DNA of 63,902 bases, from assembly GCA_038060895.1 (NCBI GenBank), contig JBBTCT010000042.1, positions 1 to 63,902 on the forward strand. The letters are read 5' to 3'. Both the position numbers and the translations under genes were made by a program. Of the stretch, positions 48,420-57,928 are shown in pieces. Positions within the stretch are counted from its first letter, which is position 1; each line of letters begins with the position of its first letter. The stretch is from Planctomycetota bacterium. GTDB taxonomy: Bacteria > Planctomycetota > MHYJ01 > WSZJ01. The notes beneath the pieces were generated by a model. That model made no database searches, was not told where the DNA came from, and saw only the letters and a program-made list of their open reading frames with translations.

Positions 48420-49274
48420 CTACTTCTTCTCGACGGCGCTCTCCTCGGCTCCTGCCCCGCACTCCGCCGGCGCCACTTCCTCGTCCTTCTGCAGCCGGCC
48501 TTTCACGCGCTCCCGGAGCAGCTTCTGGTACTCGGCCGACAGCCCCAGCTTCCCGATCTCCTTCTCGAACAGCGATGCCTTGCCGTCCCCAGCGAGGTAT
48601 CCATTGAGGCGCGCGGCCGCCGTGGAATTCTCGAGATCGCGTTCGCTGCTGTAGTAGCGCTTCAACTCGTTCATGAACGCCTTGTTCGCGCGAAGCGTGT
48701 ACTTCTGGTGGTAGTCCTCGGCCCAGGTGAACTGGGTGAGAGGGACGATGGCAGTCGCCACGGCGACCTTTTCCTTCTCGAGCTTCTCCTTCGACGACTG
48801 CGCGAGACGCTTCTGGTCATCGTTCATCGTGAACACGGCGCTGCGGTACTGGACAGACCAGGACTTCGACGAAGGGTCGTGGGACTTCCAGAAGATCTCG
48901 AGGAGTTTTTCGTAGGAAATCACGGTCGGATCGAAATCGACCTGGAAGGACTCGGTGTGATCGCCGAGGTCGTGGTAGGTCGGATTTCTGGAAGTGCCGC
49001 CGGCGTATCCGACGCGGGTGCGGATGACACCAGGGAGCGCCCCGAACTGGGCGTCCGGGCCCCAGAATCAGCCGAGCGCGAACGTGGCGGTCTCGAATTT
49101 TGCGGGGGCGGCGGCGTCGATCGGGGGGAGGGCGGGCACGGGTTTTTCCTCTCTGGGGGCCGGATCGCTCCCGGAAGGGCGCACTGGAGCGGGATCGGGC
49201 TCGCCGCGGGCGCGGAGGCCCAGGGCGAGAGCCAGGACGATCGAAAACCGGGCGATTCGAAGTGTGTTCTGCAT
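48420..49274 (-). CDS. msrA: Exported methionine sulfoxide reductase A with in-frame TGA (49070-49068), putative selenoprotein
   Basis: ATFALG-TGA-FWGPD..RTRVGYAGG..GDHTE..QYRS..AEDYHQKY; the TGA sits at the catalytic Cys of GCFWG. Confidence 0.93.
49034..49056 (-). promoter_or_regulatory. Candidate SECIS hairpin
   Basis: GGACGCCC-AGTTCG-GGGCG(C)TCC; 19 nt between UGA and loop. Confidence 0.6.
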
Positions 49275-49394
49275 CGGGTTCTCCTGCTGATCCTACGCTG
49301 TCGGACGCCTGCCGGATGCACAAGTTCACAGAAACTCCGAACCATTTCCGGCCGGTCGGCGTCCATAATGTGCGACAGCCCCTGAGGTGACCCC

Positions 49395-50405
49395 ATGCAT
49401 CGATGGATACGACTTCCGATTTTCGCGCTGCTCTCGCTTGCGGCGCTGGCCGGCCCTCCTTCCGCCGAGGATCTCGCCTCCGCCGTCGCGGACCTGGCCA
49501 GCGAGGTGCCCGCGGTTCGCGCGGAAGCAAAGGCGACCATCCTCAAGTGGGGCGAGGCCGATCCGGAAGGGCTGCAGAAGACGCTTCCGGCAACGTCGGA
49601 AGACGCGGAAGCTCGCGCGCTTCTGAACGAACTTCACGAATCTCTGCGGGAGAAAATCTCGATTCTCCACCGCAAGGAGCGGGTCCTGGAGGCGGCTGGA
49701 GAGGATGAAGCCCTTCGGACGGCGACGGAGGGCCTGCTGGCCAGCCTCGCCGACCCCGCCTTCCTTGAGCCGGCCGCCGACAGCCCGGTCCGACTGCCGG
49801 AAACCGACGGCGTTCTGACGCCCTACGTTATGGCCGCCTATGAAAGCGGCAAGCCGGGAGTCGCGCGGGTGATGGAAGCGCTTCTCGGCGACGGCTCGCT
49901 CGCGGTGCGCCGGATCGCCGCGCGGATCCTGTACTACCACGGGAGCGCGGCGAACGAGAAGGCGTTGATCGCGGCGATGAAGGACAAGGATCCGTACATT
50001 CGCGGGTGCGGGGCGCTGACGCTGTCCCACTACGGCGTGAAGTCCGCCGTCCCCGCCATCAAGGAATTGCAGAAGGACGCAGACCCGCAAGTGCAGCAGC
50101 ACGCGGTGATGGCGCTCGAGGAGCTCGGCGCGGCGATCGAGCCTGAAGAGCTGCGAAGGATGCTGAAGTCGGGTAACGCGGGCGTTCGCCGCAGGGCCGT
50201 GGAGATGCTGCTCGCGCACAATGACCCCGCCGTTCTCGAAGATCTCGCGCCGCTTCTGGACGACGCCGAACTCGGCATCCGCCACCTGGTCATGGACGGC
50301 ATGGCTCGTCTGGGCGGATTCCGGTGGGATGCCGAAGAAGCGCGGCAGAAGGCGGCGAAAGAGTGGTGGGAGGCGCGTAAGAAGGAGAAGCCGGATTCAA
50401 AGTGA
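49395..50405 (+). CDS. Secreted HEAT-repeat protein
   Basis: Repeated L.D....VR..A motifs; ends AKEWWEA. Confidence 0.85.
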   Translation: MHRWIRLPIFALLSLAALAGPPSAEDLASAVADLASEVPAVRAEAKATILKWGEADPEGLQKTLPATSEDAEARALLNELHESLREKISILHRKERVLEAAGEDEALRTATEGLLASLADPAFLEPAADSPVRLPETDGVLTPYVMAAYESGKPGVARVMEALLGDGSLAVRRIAARILYYHGSAANEKALIAAMKDKDPYIRGCGALTLSHYGVKSAVPAIKELQKDADPQVQQHAVMALEELGAAIEPEELRRMLKSGNAGVRRRAVEMLLAHNDPAVLEDLAPLLDDAELGIRHLVMDGMARLGGFRWDAEEARQKAAKEWWEARKKEKPDSK

Positions 50406-50418
50406 ATCGCAAACTCCT

Positions 50419-50504
50419 ACTTCAAGGGACAGCTCTCAACTTCAATCTTGAAATTGGCCTCTTGAAGTTCTCCGTTTGCTTGAGAGTTGTGAATTGAAGT
50501 TGTC
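50419..50504. repeat. AT-rich CAACTTCAA/TTGAAGTTG palindromic repeat cluster between convergent genes
   Basis: ACTTCAAG/CTTGAAGT and CAACTTCAAT/ATTGAAGTTG inverted pairs. Confidence 0.7.
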
Positions 50505-50523
50505 GGTTCCACCAGCAGCGTGG

Positions 50524-51735
50524 TCACTTCCGCTGCCGCACCTGTCGGTAAGGCTGCTCCAGCATCAGGATCGCCAGCGCCGTCGTGAACACCCGCCCTC
50601 CGACGTCGATCTCATACGTCCCTTCGTTGTTCCACGACCCCTTCGCGCACCCATCTTTGTCGCTTTTGCGCTGGTGCGCGAGCAGCTCTCGTTTCACCGC
50701 GCCGAAATAGCTCGTCCAGTGCGACCCGCCGGCGTGGAAGGTCGCGATCGTGCCGTAGTACCAGCGGTACAGGTCGAGGTTTCCGACCTGGAATTTCTCT
50801 TTGTATCCCGGGATCGTCTGCCATTCGATCTTCCAGACGGGGAGGTCGTTCCCGACGCATGCGAGATGGAGTTTGTGGCGATCGCTCCCCGTGCTGACCG
50901 CGAGCAATTCGCGGATCGCCGCCCCGCTGTGCCCGTTCGCCTTCGTCGGCGTGTAACCGTACTGTCGGCCGTTCTTCAGGTACGCCAGCTTTCCGCCTTT
51001 CGCCTCCTCCAGCGAAAGCAGGAACGCGTCCGTCTTTGTTGCGACATCCGCCGGTAGCTCGAAGCCCGCGTCGCGCGCCGCCACCAGCGCCTGGACGCAG
51101 AAAGCCGTGTAGGGCGTGTCCGACCCGCCGCGAAAGTTCCCCGCGTACGCCCAGCAGCCGTCCTCCATCCTCATGTCCAGGAGGCGCTTCGCAATCCGGT
51201 GCGCCGAATCCTTCCAGCGCCCTTTCCGCTCCAGCGCCTCCGCGGTCGAAAGCGCTTCGCACGCCACCGCCAGGCCCCACGCCGAATGCGGCGACTCGAG
51301 CTTCTTCAGCGAGTCGAAGACGAGTTTTTCCTGCTCCGTCCCCTCCTCGTTCGGCAGCACGCCGTGCCCGAGAAACGCCAGCGTGCAGAATCCCGTCTGT
51401 GCGTCGTTGTAGGAATGCGGCACCTTCTCGCCATGATGCCCGCCGCCAATTCCCTCGCACTTCTTCCCGCCCTCGGCGCAGTTCGTGTTGTAGGTGTCCG
51501 CCTTCCACCCGCCCCCCGCCTCCGCGTGGCGCGCCAGCCACGCCAGCCCCAGCTCCACCGCCGCCTCCGTTTCCTTCGTCCCCCCATACTTCTTCAGCGC
51601 CGCTTCCTTGTCCTTGGCTTCCGTGATGGGGCCGATGAGTTTCGGCTTGGGAAGCGACTCCGCAGCGTCCTCCGCGGCGAGGCGTGAAGCGGCGAAGAAG
51701 AGTGCGAGGGTCAGCAAGCGAACGGCGGGGCGCAT
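50524..51735 (-). CDS. Secreted prenyltransferase-repeat protein
   Basis: GGTKETEAAVELGLAWLARH, DGCWAY, YRWYYGT, GSW, GGRVFTTALA. Confidence 0.85.
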   Translation of the reverse strand: MRPAVRLLTLALFFAASRLAAEDAAESLPKPKLIGPITEAKDKEAALKKYGGTKETEAAVELGLAWLARHAEAGGGWKADTYNTNCAEGGKKCEGIGGGHHGEKVPHSYNDAQTGFCTLAFLGHGVLPNEEGTEQEKLVFDSLKKLESPHSAWGLAVACEALSTAEALERKGRWKDSAHRIAKRLLDMRMEDGCWAYAGNFRGGSDTPYTAFCVQALVAARDAGFELPADVATKTDAFLLSLEEAKGGKLAYLKNGRQYGYTPTKANGHSGAAIRELLAVSTGSDRHKLHLACVGNDLPVWKIEWQTIPGYKEKFQVGNLDLYRWYYGTIATFHAGGSHWTSYFGAVKRELLAHQRKSDKDGCAKGSWNNEGTYEIDVGGRVFTTALAILMLEQPYRQVRQRK

Positions 51736-51870
51736 CGACCGGCTCCGGAATGGAGGAAACCTCTGCACAAGAGCGTAGCACCGTGCGCGGCGGCGTATCA
51801 AGGCGGGGACAAAGTCACTACGCCGTTGCCTGTCGGAGTCTTCCCGCTGTGGCAGAATGGAGGCGCTTCC

Positions 51871-52623
51871 ATGAGCACATCACCTCCGCCAGAACCGCTC
51901 GCTGCGGCCCCGTCCGCGGCCCCGAAGAAGGCAAGAACCTGCCTCCTCCAGCTCCTGTTCATCGCCGGAGTCATCACGATCGGAGTCAAGTGCTCGACCG
52001 CTGCCCGCGACCGGGAGCGCCGCTTCCTGGCCGAAGTTCGGGCCGAGCACGGCGGCCGGATCGCGTGGATTGCGGAGGACAAGGAAGAGGTCCGTTGGGT
52101 CGAGCTGGCGGAGTCCTCGAGCAGCAGCGCCGTGAAACGTCACGTTCCCGGAGGCAAGCCTGTTCGCGTCGCCTGGTCTTCGTCGGGCGAGAAGCTCTTC
52201 GTGGTCGTCCAGACCGGCACTCTCGACCACATCCACCGGATCGACGTCGTCGATCGTGCCACCGGCGTGGCGCGAACGATCCTGGATCTCGGGACGCAGA
52301 ATCTCGAAGAGAACAATCTCGACGTCGATGAGTTCTGGGTCGCGCCGTTCGGCGACGCGGAGGCCGAGGTCGACCGGGTCTACTTCCAGCTGGAGGAAGG
52401 AGTCTGGTACAGCGTGGAAGCGAACCGGCCGCGGGTGCGGCCCGAGGCAGGCGCTCCCGCGCGGCAGTGGGACCAGTCGGCCTGTCCGGACGGCAGGCAC
52501 AAGGTGAAACGAAAGAGCGACGACGACGACTCGTGGCTCGAGATCACGGACGGAGACCGGCACGTGAAATTCACGACGGACGACGTTCGCGGCCAGGGGG
52601 CCTGGTGGTGCCCGCCCAAATGA
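51871..52623 (+). CDS. Membrane-anchored hypothetical protein (TolB-like beta repeats)
   Basis: N-terminal TM; RIAW, AWSSSG, CPDG motifs; SD GGAGG. Confidence 0.65.
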   Translation: MSTSPPPEPLAAAPSAAPKKARTCLLQLLFIAGVITIGVKCSTAARDRERRFLAEVRAEHGGRIAWIAEDKEEVRWVELAESSSSSAVKRHVPGGKPVRVAWSSSGEKLFVVVQTGTLDHIHRIDVVDRATGVARTILDLGTQNLEENNLDVDEFWVAPFGDAEAEVDRVYFQLEEGVWYSVEANRPRVRPEAGAPARQWDQSACPDGRHKVKRKSDDDDSWLEITDGDRHVKFTTDDVRGQGAWWCPPK

Positions 52624-52682
52624 GCGCCGTCCGGCTCGCTCGCGTAAGATCTTCCGCATCTCGCCCTCGTCGGAGTCATTCC

Positions 52683-53639
52683 ATGCGTCTTCTTGCCAAC
52701 CTCGCCGTTTTCGTCTCCTTGACTCTCCACGGTGCCGCCGAGGACGCGGCGCCGGTCGCCCGAGATTTTTCGCTGCCTTCGGCGCGCGACAACCGGCTCC
52801 TTCGTCTCTCCGACCATCCGGGAAAGGTCGTCCTCATCCACTGGTGGCGCTCGTCCTGCTCCTTCTGCCGCAAGGGCGACCCGAAGCTCGTCGCGCTCGA
52901 GAAGGAACTCCGCGACAAGGGGCTCGTCGTCTTCGGCATCTCGGACGACACCGCCGACACGGTTGCGGCCATCCCCGATTACCTGAAGAATCTCGAGATC
53001 ACCTGGCCCGTCGCACTCAACGACCAGGGCGAATTCATTCGCGATGTCTTGCCGAAGGGAAAGGGCGAAACGCCGGGCAACTACCTCGTGTCCCGGACCG
53101 GGGAACTGACCTGGCTCGGGCTCGACCGCACTCCCGAGGACTGGCAGAAACTCGTCGAGGCCGTCAAGCGCGCCCTTGCCGAACCCGCCCCCGCAGCCGC
53201 CGCCATCGTGCCGCGTGTCCCGGAAGCTGCACCCGCACTCTCCCTTCCGACCCTCGACGGAAAAACTCTTACGCTCAAGGACTTTGCCGGCAAGCCCCTC
53301 GTCATCAACTTCTTCAATGCCGACAGCTCCGACTGGGCCGGCGCGGTCATCGCGACCCTCCACAAGGACTATTCGGAGAAGGGCCTGCAGGTCGTCGGCA
53401 TCAACCTCTTCGACAGCGACGACGACGCCCGCAAGTGCGCCGAAAAGCACGGTGCGAAATACCCGATCCTGCGCGGCGACGAGGCCACCCAGACTGCCTG
53501 GATCGGCGAAGCGAAAGGCTGGGCTACGTTCTTCGTGGACGCCGAGGGACGGATCGTCAAGAAGATCACGAATTCGATCGAGAACGGCCTGGAAGCCGTC
53601 GTCTTCCGCCGGTACGCAGAGATCCTGCTGGCGAAATAG
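52683..53639 (+). CDS. Secreted tandem TlpA/AhpC-TSA redoxin protein
   Basis: Domain 1 has WWRSSCSFC (CxxC); domain 2 has FFNADSSDW (no Cys). Confidence 0.85.
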   Translation: MRLLANLAVFVSLTLHGAAEDAAPVARDFSLPSARDNRLLRLSDHPGKVVLIHWWRSSCSFCRKGDPKLVALEKELRDKGLVVFGISDDTADTVAAIPDYLKNLEITWPVALNDQGEFIRDVLPKGKGETPGNYLVSRTGELTWLGLDRTPEDWQKLVEAVKRALAEPAPAAAAIVPRVPEAAPALSLPTLDGKTLTLKDFAGKPLVINFFNADSSDWAGAVIATLHKDYSEKGLQVVGINLFDSDDDARKCAEKHGAKYPILRGDEATQTAWIGEAKGWATFFVDAEGRIVKKITNSIENGLEAVVFRRYAEILLAK

Positions 53640-53825
53640 ACTTCAGCCCCCGCACTTCACCGGCCGGTCCGGCTTCTCACCAATGTAAGTCCCGACTGCG
53701 CCGCTGACCGAAGATGCGAGCCCGTCCAACTCGCCTCTAAACACCGCCTTGGCCCCGTCGGGCGCCGATGATTTCGTGAAATCGATCCAGCGGTGCTTGA
53801 TGGCGTGGAAGCCGGGCATTCCGCG

Positions 53826-54146
53826 CTACAGCTTCTTCTTCACGATCGCCGCCAGCGCTTCCACGTACCCCCGGAATGCCGCTCGCCCCTTCTTTGTCAC
53901 CACCGCTTCCGTCCGCGGCCGGCGGTCCACGAAACTCTTCGAGACCTCGACGTACCCCGCCTGCTCCAGCGCCTTGAGGTGCACCGAAAGATTCCCGTCG
54001 GTCATGCCGAGGTGGTCCTTCATCTCGACGAACGACATCGATCCCGCCGGGACGAGAAGCGACATCATTCCGAGCCGCGCGCGCTCGTGGATGACGGGGT
54101 CGAGCTTATCGATCTTCAACGGGGTCGAAGTGGACGTGGTCGTCAT
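53826..54146 (-). CDS. Winged-helix transcriptional regulator
   Basis: LDPVIHERARLGMM, SF.E.K..L.MTDGNLSVHL..LE.AGY, RPRT. Confidence 0.9.
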   Translation of the reverse strand: MTTTSTSTPLKIDKLDPVIHERARLGMMSLLVPAGSMSFVEMKDHLGMTDGNLSVHLKALEQAGYVEVSKSFVDRRPRTEAVVTKKGRAAFRGYVEALAAIVKKKL

Positions 54147-54765
54147 CGGGTTTCCGGGACTGGAGCAGGAGGAGGGTGCCGAGAAGGGCGTGGAGGCCGC
54201 CGAAGGAAGCGGCCATCATGGCGTTGGGGTGGTGTTTAAGTCCCGTGAAGAGTGACAGTGCGCCGGCGACGAGGAAGAGGAGGCCGGAGACGGTGGCGGG
54301 GAAGCCGGCGAACCAGCCGAGGGAGCAGACGCCCGTTCCGTAGCAGAGCATCCAGGTTGCGGGAAGGACGGCGTAGGGGACGACGGGGGTGAGAAAGGTG
54401 CCGACGAAGAGAGAAGGGGCGATCGACAGGAGGGCGGCCCAGGTCTGGCGCGAGAGCGGGCGTTCGCCGCGGCGGGCGGCGCCGGCCGCCGTGGCGGTAA
54501 CGAAGCCGATGAAGCAGGCGACTGCGAGGGTCGTCCAGTAGGGGACCGCGGAGACCATGTACGGCGTGGACCGGAACGGCGCCGCCGGGTCCGGGACCAT
54601 GTCAGCGCGGAAGGCGAGCCCGCGTTTTTCGCACCACCACGCCGTCAGCACGGCGCACCCCGCCGCGGCGAAACACGCGCCCGCGGACAGCCCGGGCCAC
54701 CGCTCGCCGCGCTGCATCAGCGAGCGGATCATCTCCAGCCGGGCATCGGCTTCGCGGGCTCTCAC
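54106..54765 (-). CDS. Integral membrane protein
   Basis: IRSLM, WMLCYG, FGGLH; GTGA overlap with the upstream gene. Confidence 0.75.
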   Translation of the reverse strand: MRAREADARLEMIRSLMQRGERWPGLSAGACFAAAGCAVLTAWWCEKRGLAFRADMVPDPAAPFRSTPYMVSAVPYWTTLAVACFIGFVTATAAGAARRGERPLSRQTWAALLSIAPSLFVGTFLTPVVPYAVLPATWMLCYGTGVCSLGWFAGFPATVSGLLFLVAGALSLFTGLKHHPNAMMAASFGGLHALLGTLLLLQSRKPDDDHVHFDPVEDR

Positions 54766-55502
54766 TGCTTTGATTCTACGCCGTCGATTCCCGGCCTGAG
54801 CGCTTCGATGCACAGCGACCGGGTCCCGGTCACGAACGGGCCTTCGCTGAGGAAGGGCCTGAAGTTCCACGCCATCTGGGTGCCGACCGTGCTGACGAGG
54901 AGGAGCCAGAGGGTGAGGAAGGTGCGAGGGACCGAAGTGCCGCCGGTGGCGGTCTGGAGCAGGTCGCGGATGGCGGCGAGAAGGCGTTCGGCGTAGAGGA
55001 GGGCAATGGCGAAGACGGCGAAGTGCAGGACGATGAGGAAGCCTTCGGTGCCTGCGGAGACGGTGAAGAACCAGGCGATGGGGGCGAAGGCGGCGAGGAT
55101 GGTGGCGACGGCGGCGGTCATGAGGAAAACGAGGGAAACGGTCTGGCGGAAGTTCAGCGTCGAGCCGAGGATTGAGTTGAAGACGTAGAAGGTGGGGATG
55201 CAGAGCATCGCGGTGCCCAGGACGACGATGGGGAGCTTGAGTCCGGCATAGAGGATCTGGATCCCGGGCTCGTACATGCCGAGCACCGCGCCGTAGCCGG
55301 CTGTGAACAGGAGCGTGGCGAGGAAGAGCGAGCAGAAGTAGTCACCCAGGTTGCGCTCCCGGGCGATGTCGCTTCCGATGGTTGCCCTGAAGCGGAGGAG
55401 GGCGCCGACGACGGTGAGGCGGGAGAGAAGCCCGCCGCGCAGGACGTCGGAATCGAACGTCTGCGGGGCGGGGGCGGCGAACGGTGTGGCGATTTCGGCC
55501 AT
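54762..55502 (-). CDS. Integral membrane protein, paralog A
   Basis: YGAVLG, ILYAGLKLP, APIAWF, VGTQMAWNFRPF. Confidence 0.8.
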   Translation of the reverse strand: MAEIATPFAAPAPQTFDSDVLRGGLLSRLTVVGALLRFRATIGSDIARERNLGDYFCSLFLATLLFTAGYGAVLGMYEPGIQILYAGLKLPIVVLGTAMLCIPTFYVFNSILGSTLNFRQTVSLVFLMTAAVATILAAFAPIAWFFTVSAGTEGFLIVLHFAVFAIALLYAERLLAAIRDLLQTATGGTSVPRTFLTLWLLLVSTVGTQMAWNFRPFLSEGPFVTGTRSLCIEALRPGIDGVESKQ

Positions 55503-55532
55503 GGCGCGTTCCTTGACTGGGCGACGGTCGGG

Positions 55533-56174
55533 CTACGAGAGGAGGCTTCGGAGCACTCCGAAGATCGACTCGTAGAAATTCCCGTGGAGGTTTTCGTGGA
55601 GGGGGAGGAAGCGGTCGGCTTTGAACGTGTAGCTGACCCAGGGCTTGAGGAGCCACGCCATCTGGGCGCCGGTGAACTGGTAGATGACGACCCAGGCCAC
55701 GGTGAGCCCCGGCGACGCGATGCGGGCGTGCAGCCGGGCGACGCCGGCGAGGCCGCCGATCGCGACCGAGGCGGTGAGGACGAGGATCAGGAAGGTGTAC
55801 GAGGCCTGGTCCGGGCGGCGGCAGGAGAGCGACACGAAGGCGACGACCGGGGCGAGGCCGCCCAGCGCGGCGGCCGTGAGCGCGACGGCTTCGCTGGCCG
55901 CCTTGAGTGTCTCGCCCGCGGGGAGGCGGGAAGCGGCTAGGACGTGGAGGGCGGCGAAGGAAATCCCCAGGGTGGAAAGGAAGTACAGCGGCATTTTGAC
56001 GGCGGCGTAGAGGATCTGCATGCCGCCCGTGTAGGAGCCAACCGCGGCGCCAAAAGCTGCCGCGCAGCCGGCAGCGAGCAGGAGAAGCGCGGGGGCCGGG
56101 AGGGCCGCGGCGCGCCCCCGGAGGAGGGCGAAGAGGGCGGCGTGAGGGTCCTTGATGGCGACTTCACTTTGCAT
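55533..56174 (-). CDS. Integral membrane protein, paralog B
   Basis: FGAAVG, ILYAAVKMP, APVVAF, TGAQMAWLLKPW. Confidence 0.8.
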   Translation of the reverse strand: MQSEVAIKDPHAALFALLRGRAAALPAPALLLLAAGCAAAFGAAVGSYTGGMQILYAAVKMPLYFLSTLGISFAALHVLAASRLPAGETLKAASEAVALTAAALGGLAPVVAFVSLSCRRPDQASYTFLILVLTASVAIGGLAGVARLHARIASPGLTVAWVVIYQFTGAQMAWLLKPWVSYTFKADRFLPLHENLHGNFYESIFGVLRSLLS

Positions 56175-56210
56175 CACAAAGTACTTTATGACATTTCTGG
56201 AAGGAGTCAA
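56166..56210 (-). promoter_or_regulatory. Promoter and palindromic operator of the membrane-protein/regulator operon
   Basis: TTGACT-16 nt-TAAAGT; ACTTTG-N5-CAAAGT spans the start codon. Confidence 0.75.
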
Positions 56211-56356
56211 GGGCGCTTCCGGGAATTTCTTCGACCCGCGTGCCTGCCGGTCTTGAATCCAGGACCGGATTGAGATGCCGCGCATGGCCCTGAGTCACGA
56301 CGGATTCGTCATTGCTGCTGTCGAAGGTGCTTTCGCGCGGATGTAGGATGTCGTCC

Positions 56357-57928
56357 GTGAAACGACCTCATCCCGCTCGCCAAGCGCCCGGCCTCCCCAG
56401 CCTTGCCCTGGCGCTCTTCATGGCCATCGGGGCAGCCTCCGAGGAGCCGGCCGCGGCCCGGAAGATCGAGCCTGAGTCGCCACTGAACCGAAACAAAAAA
56501 CTGGTCTTCGTGTGCTTCAAGGACCAGCTCTTCGCAGACAGGTCCGGATACCCGGCTTTTTGCGCGAAGCACGAAGCGACGCCGCGCGCCGAAGTTCGAA
56601 AACTGGCCGTCGGTGAGTTGAAGAAGAAAGCTGCCGATTCGATGGCGGCGTGGCTCAAGAATCCCGTGGCAGGCCTCGAGGTCAAGCGCCCCTGCTGGCT
56701 GGTGAACGGGTTCATCGGCGAGGCCGCGGAAGCGGCGGCGCTGGAAGAGGCTGCGAAGCGTGCCGACGTGCTCTTCGTGTACCGGGTCGGCGGCGGGGAC
56801 GGAATGGGCGCCGCGCCGGGGGCCGTCCCGGCGGAGGTGTACGGCGAACTGAACGAGGACGGGACGCTCAAGGTCGTCCCCGAGCCGCCCTTCACGGCGA
56901 AAGGGCAGAAAGTCGGCAAGAGCCTGGACCTCATCCAGGCGCCCGCGGCGTGGCAGGCGGGCGTGTCGGGGCAGGGCGTGGTCGTGGCGGTGTTCGACTC
57001 CGGCGTCTTCCCGGCCAGCGGGGATCTCCGGGAGGCGATGTGGGTAAACGCGGCCGAGATCGTGGGGAACGGCAAGGACGACGACGGCAACGGGTTGGTG
57101 GACGACGTCTTCGGCGCCAACATGCCGGCCGCCAACGGCGACATCGTCGCGCGGGACATGCCGGCGATGTCCGCCAAGCTCGGCGCGAAGACGTCGCACG
57201 GTCACATGTGCGCCGGGATGATCGCGGGCCGCGGCAAAAACGGGATCCTGACGGGCGTCGCGCCGCGGGCGCGCATCATGCCGGTTATCGGGTCTACGGA
57301 CCTGTGGTGCGAAGCGCTCGAATACGTGCTCGATCACGGTGGTGACGTGGTCAGCATGAGCTTCATGGGTCCCCAGACCGAGGAGTACCGCGGGCTCTGG
57401 AGGCGCATGGCCGAGCACGCGACCGCCGCCGGCCTCCTCCTCTGCGGCGGCGCGGGGAATAACGGCCAATCGAAAAACCCGGTCCAGATCTTCATTCCCA
57501 AGGACATCCCCTGCGTCTTGGCCGGCGCCGGCGTCGATCTCGACCGGGCCCGCGCGCCCTTCAGCAGCAAAGGCCCCGTCTCCTGGGACAAAGTCCCGTT
57601 CTACGAGGACTATCCGCTGAAGGGCGGCGGCTTTCTCAGAAAACCGGACGTCTGCGCCTGCGCGACCGGCTTCGAAGGAATCCTCTTCGAGGGCGCCGCG
57701 AAATCAGGCGCCCAAGGCAATTCCTTCTCCGGTCCCCAGATCGCCGGCTGCGCGGCGCTTCTCCTGGAAGCGAATCCCGAGATCAAGCCCTGGCAGATCC
57801 AGCGGGTCATTAATGAAACCGCGGTGGACCTTGGCCCCAGGGGCTGGGACCCGGAATTCGGCTGGGGCCTGATGAACTGCCGTGCCGCCGTGGAAGCGGC
57901 GCGGAAACTTAAGGGTGCGGGCAAGTAG
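56357..57928 (+). CDS. Secreted S8 (subtilisin-like) serine peptidase
   Basis: VAVFDSG, NGKDDDGNG, SHGHMCAG, GAGNNG, GNSFSGP, GWG. Confidence 0.9.
   Translation: MKRPHPARQAPGLPSLALALFMAIGAASEEPAAARKIEPESPLNRNKKLVFVCFKDQLFADRSGYPAFCAKHEATPRAEVRKLAVGELKKKAADSMAAWLKNPVAGLEVKRPCWLVNGFIGEAAEAAALEEAAKRADVLFVYRVGGGDGMGAAPGAVPAEVYGELNEDGTLKVVPEPPFTAKGQKVGKSLDLIQAPAAWQAGVSGQGVVVAVFDSGVFPASGDLREAMWVNAAEIVGNGKDDDGNGLVDDVFGANMPAANGDIVARDMPAMSAKLGAKTSHGHMCAGMIAGRGKNGILTGVAPRARIMPVIGSTDLWCEALEYVLDHGGDVVSMSFMGPQTEEYRGLWRRMAEHATAAGLLLCGGAGNNGQSKNPVQIFIPKDIPCVLAGAGVDLDRARAPFSSKGPVSWDKVPFYEDYPLKGGGFLRKPDVCACATGFEGILFEGAAKSGAQGNSFSGPQIAGCAALLLEANPEIKPWQIQRVINETAVDLGPRGWDPEFGWGLMNCRAAVEAARKLKGAGK

Noticed and set aside
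8688-49070. Alternative genetic code (UGA=Trp/Gly) or pseudogenes as the explanation for the TGAs
   Set aside because: TGA terminates many genes here, TGG is used for Trp, and the breaks fall only at Cys-motif positions with both halves intact.
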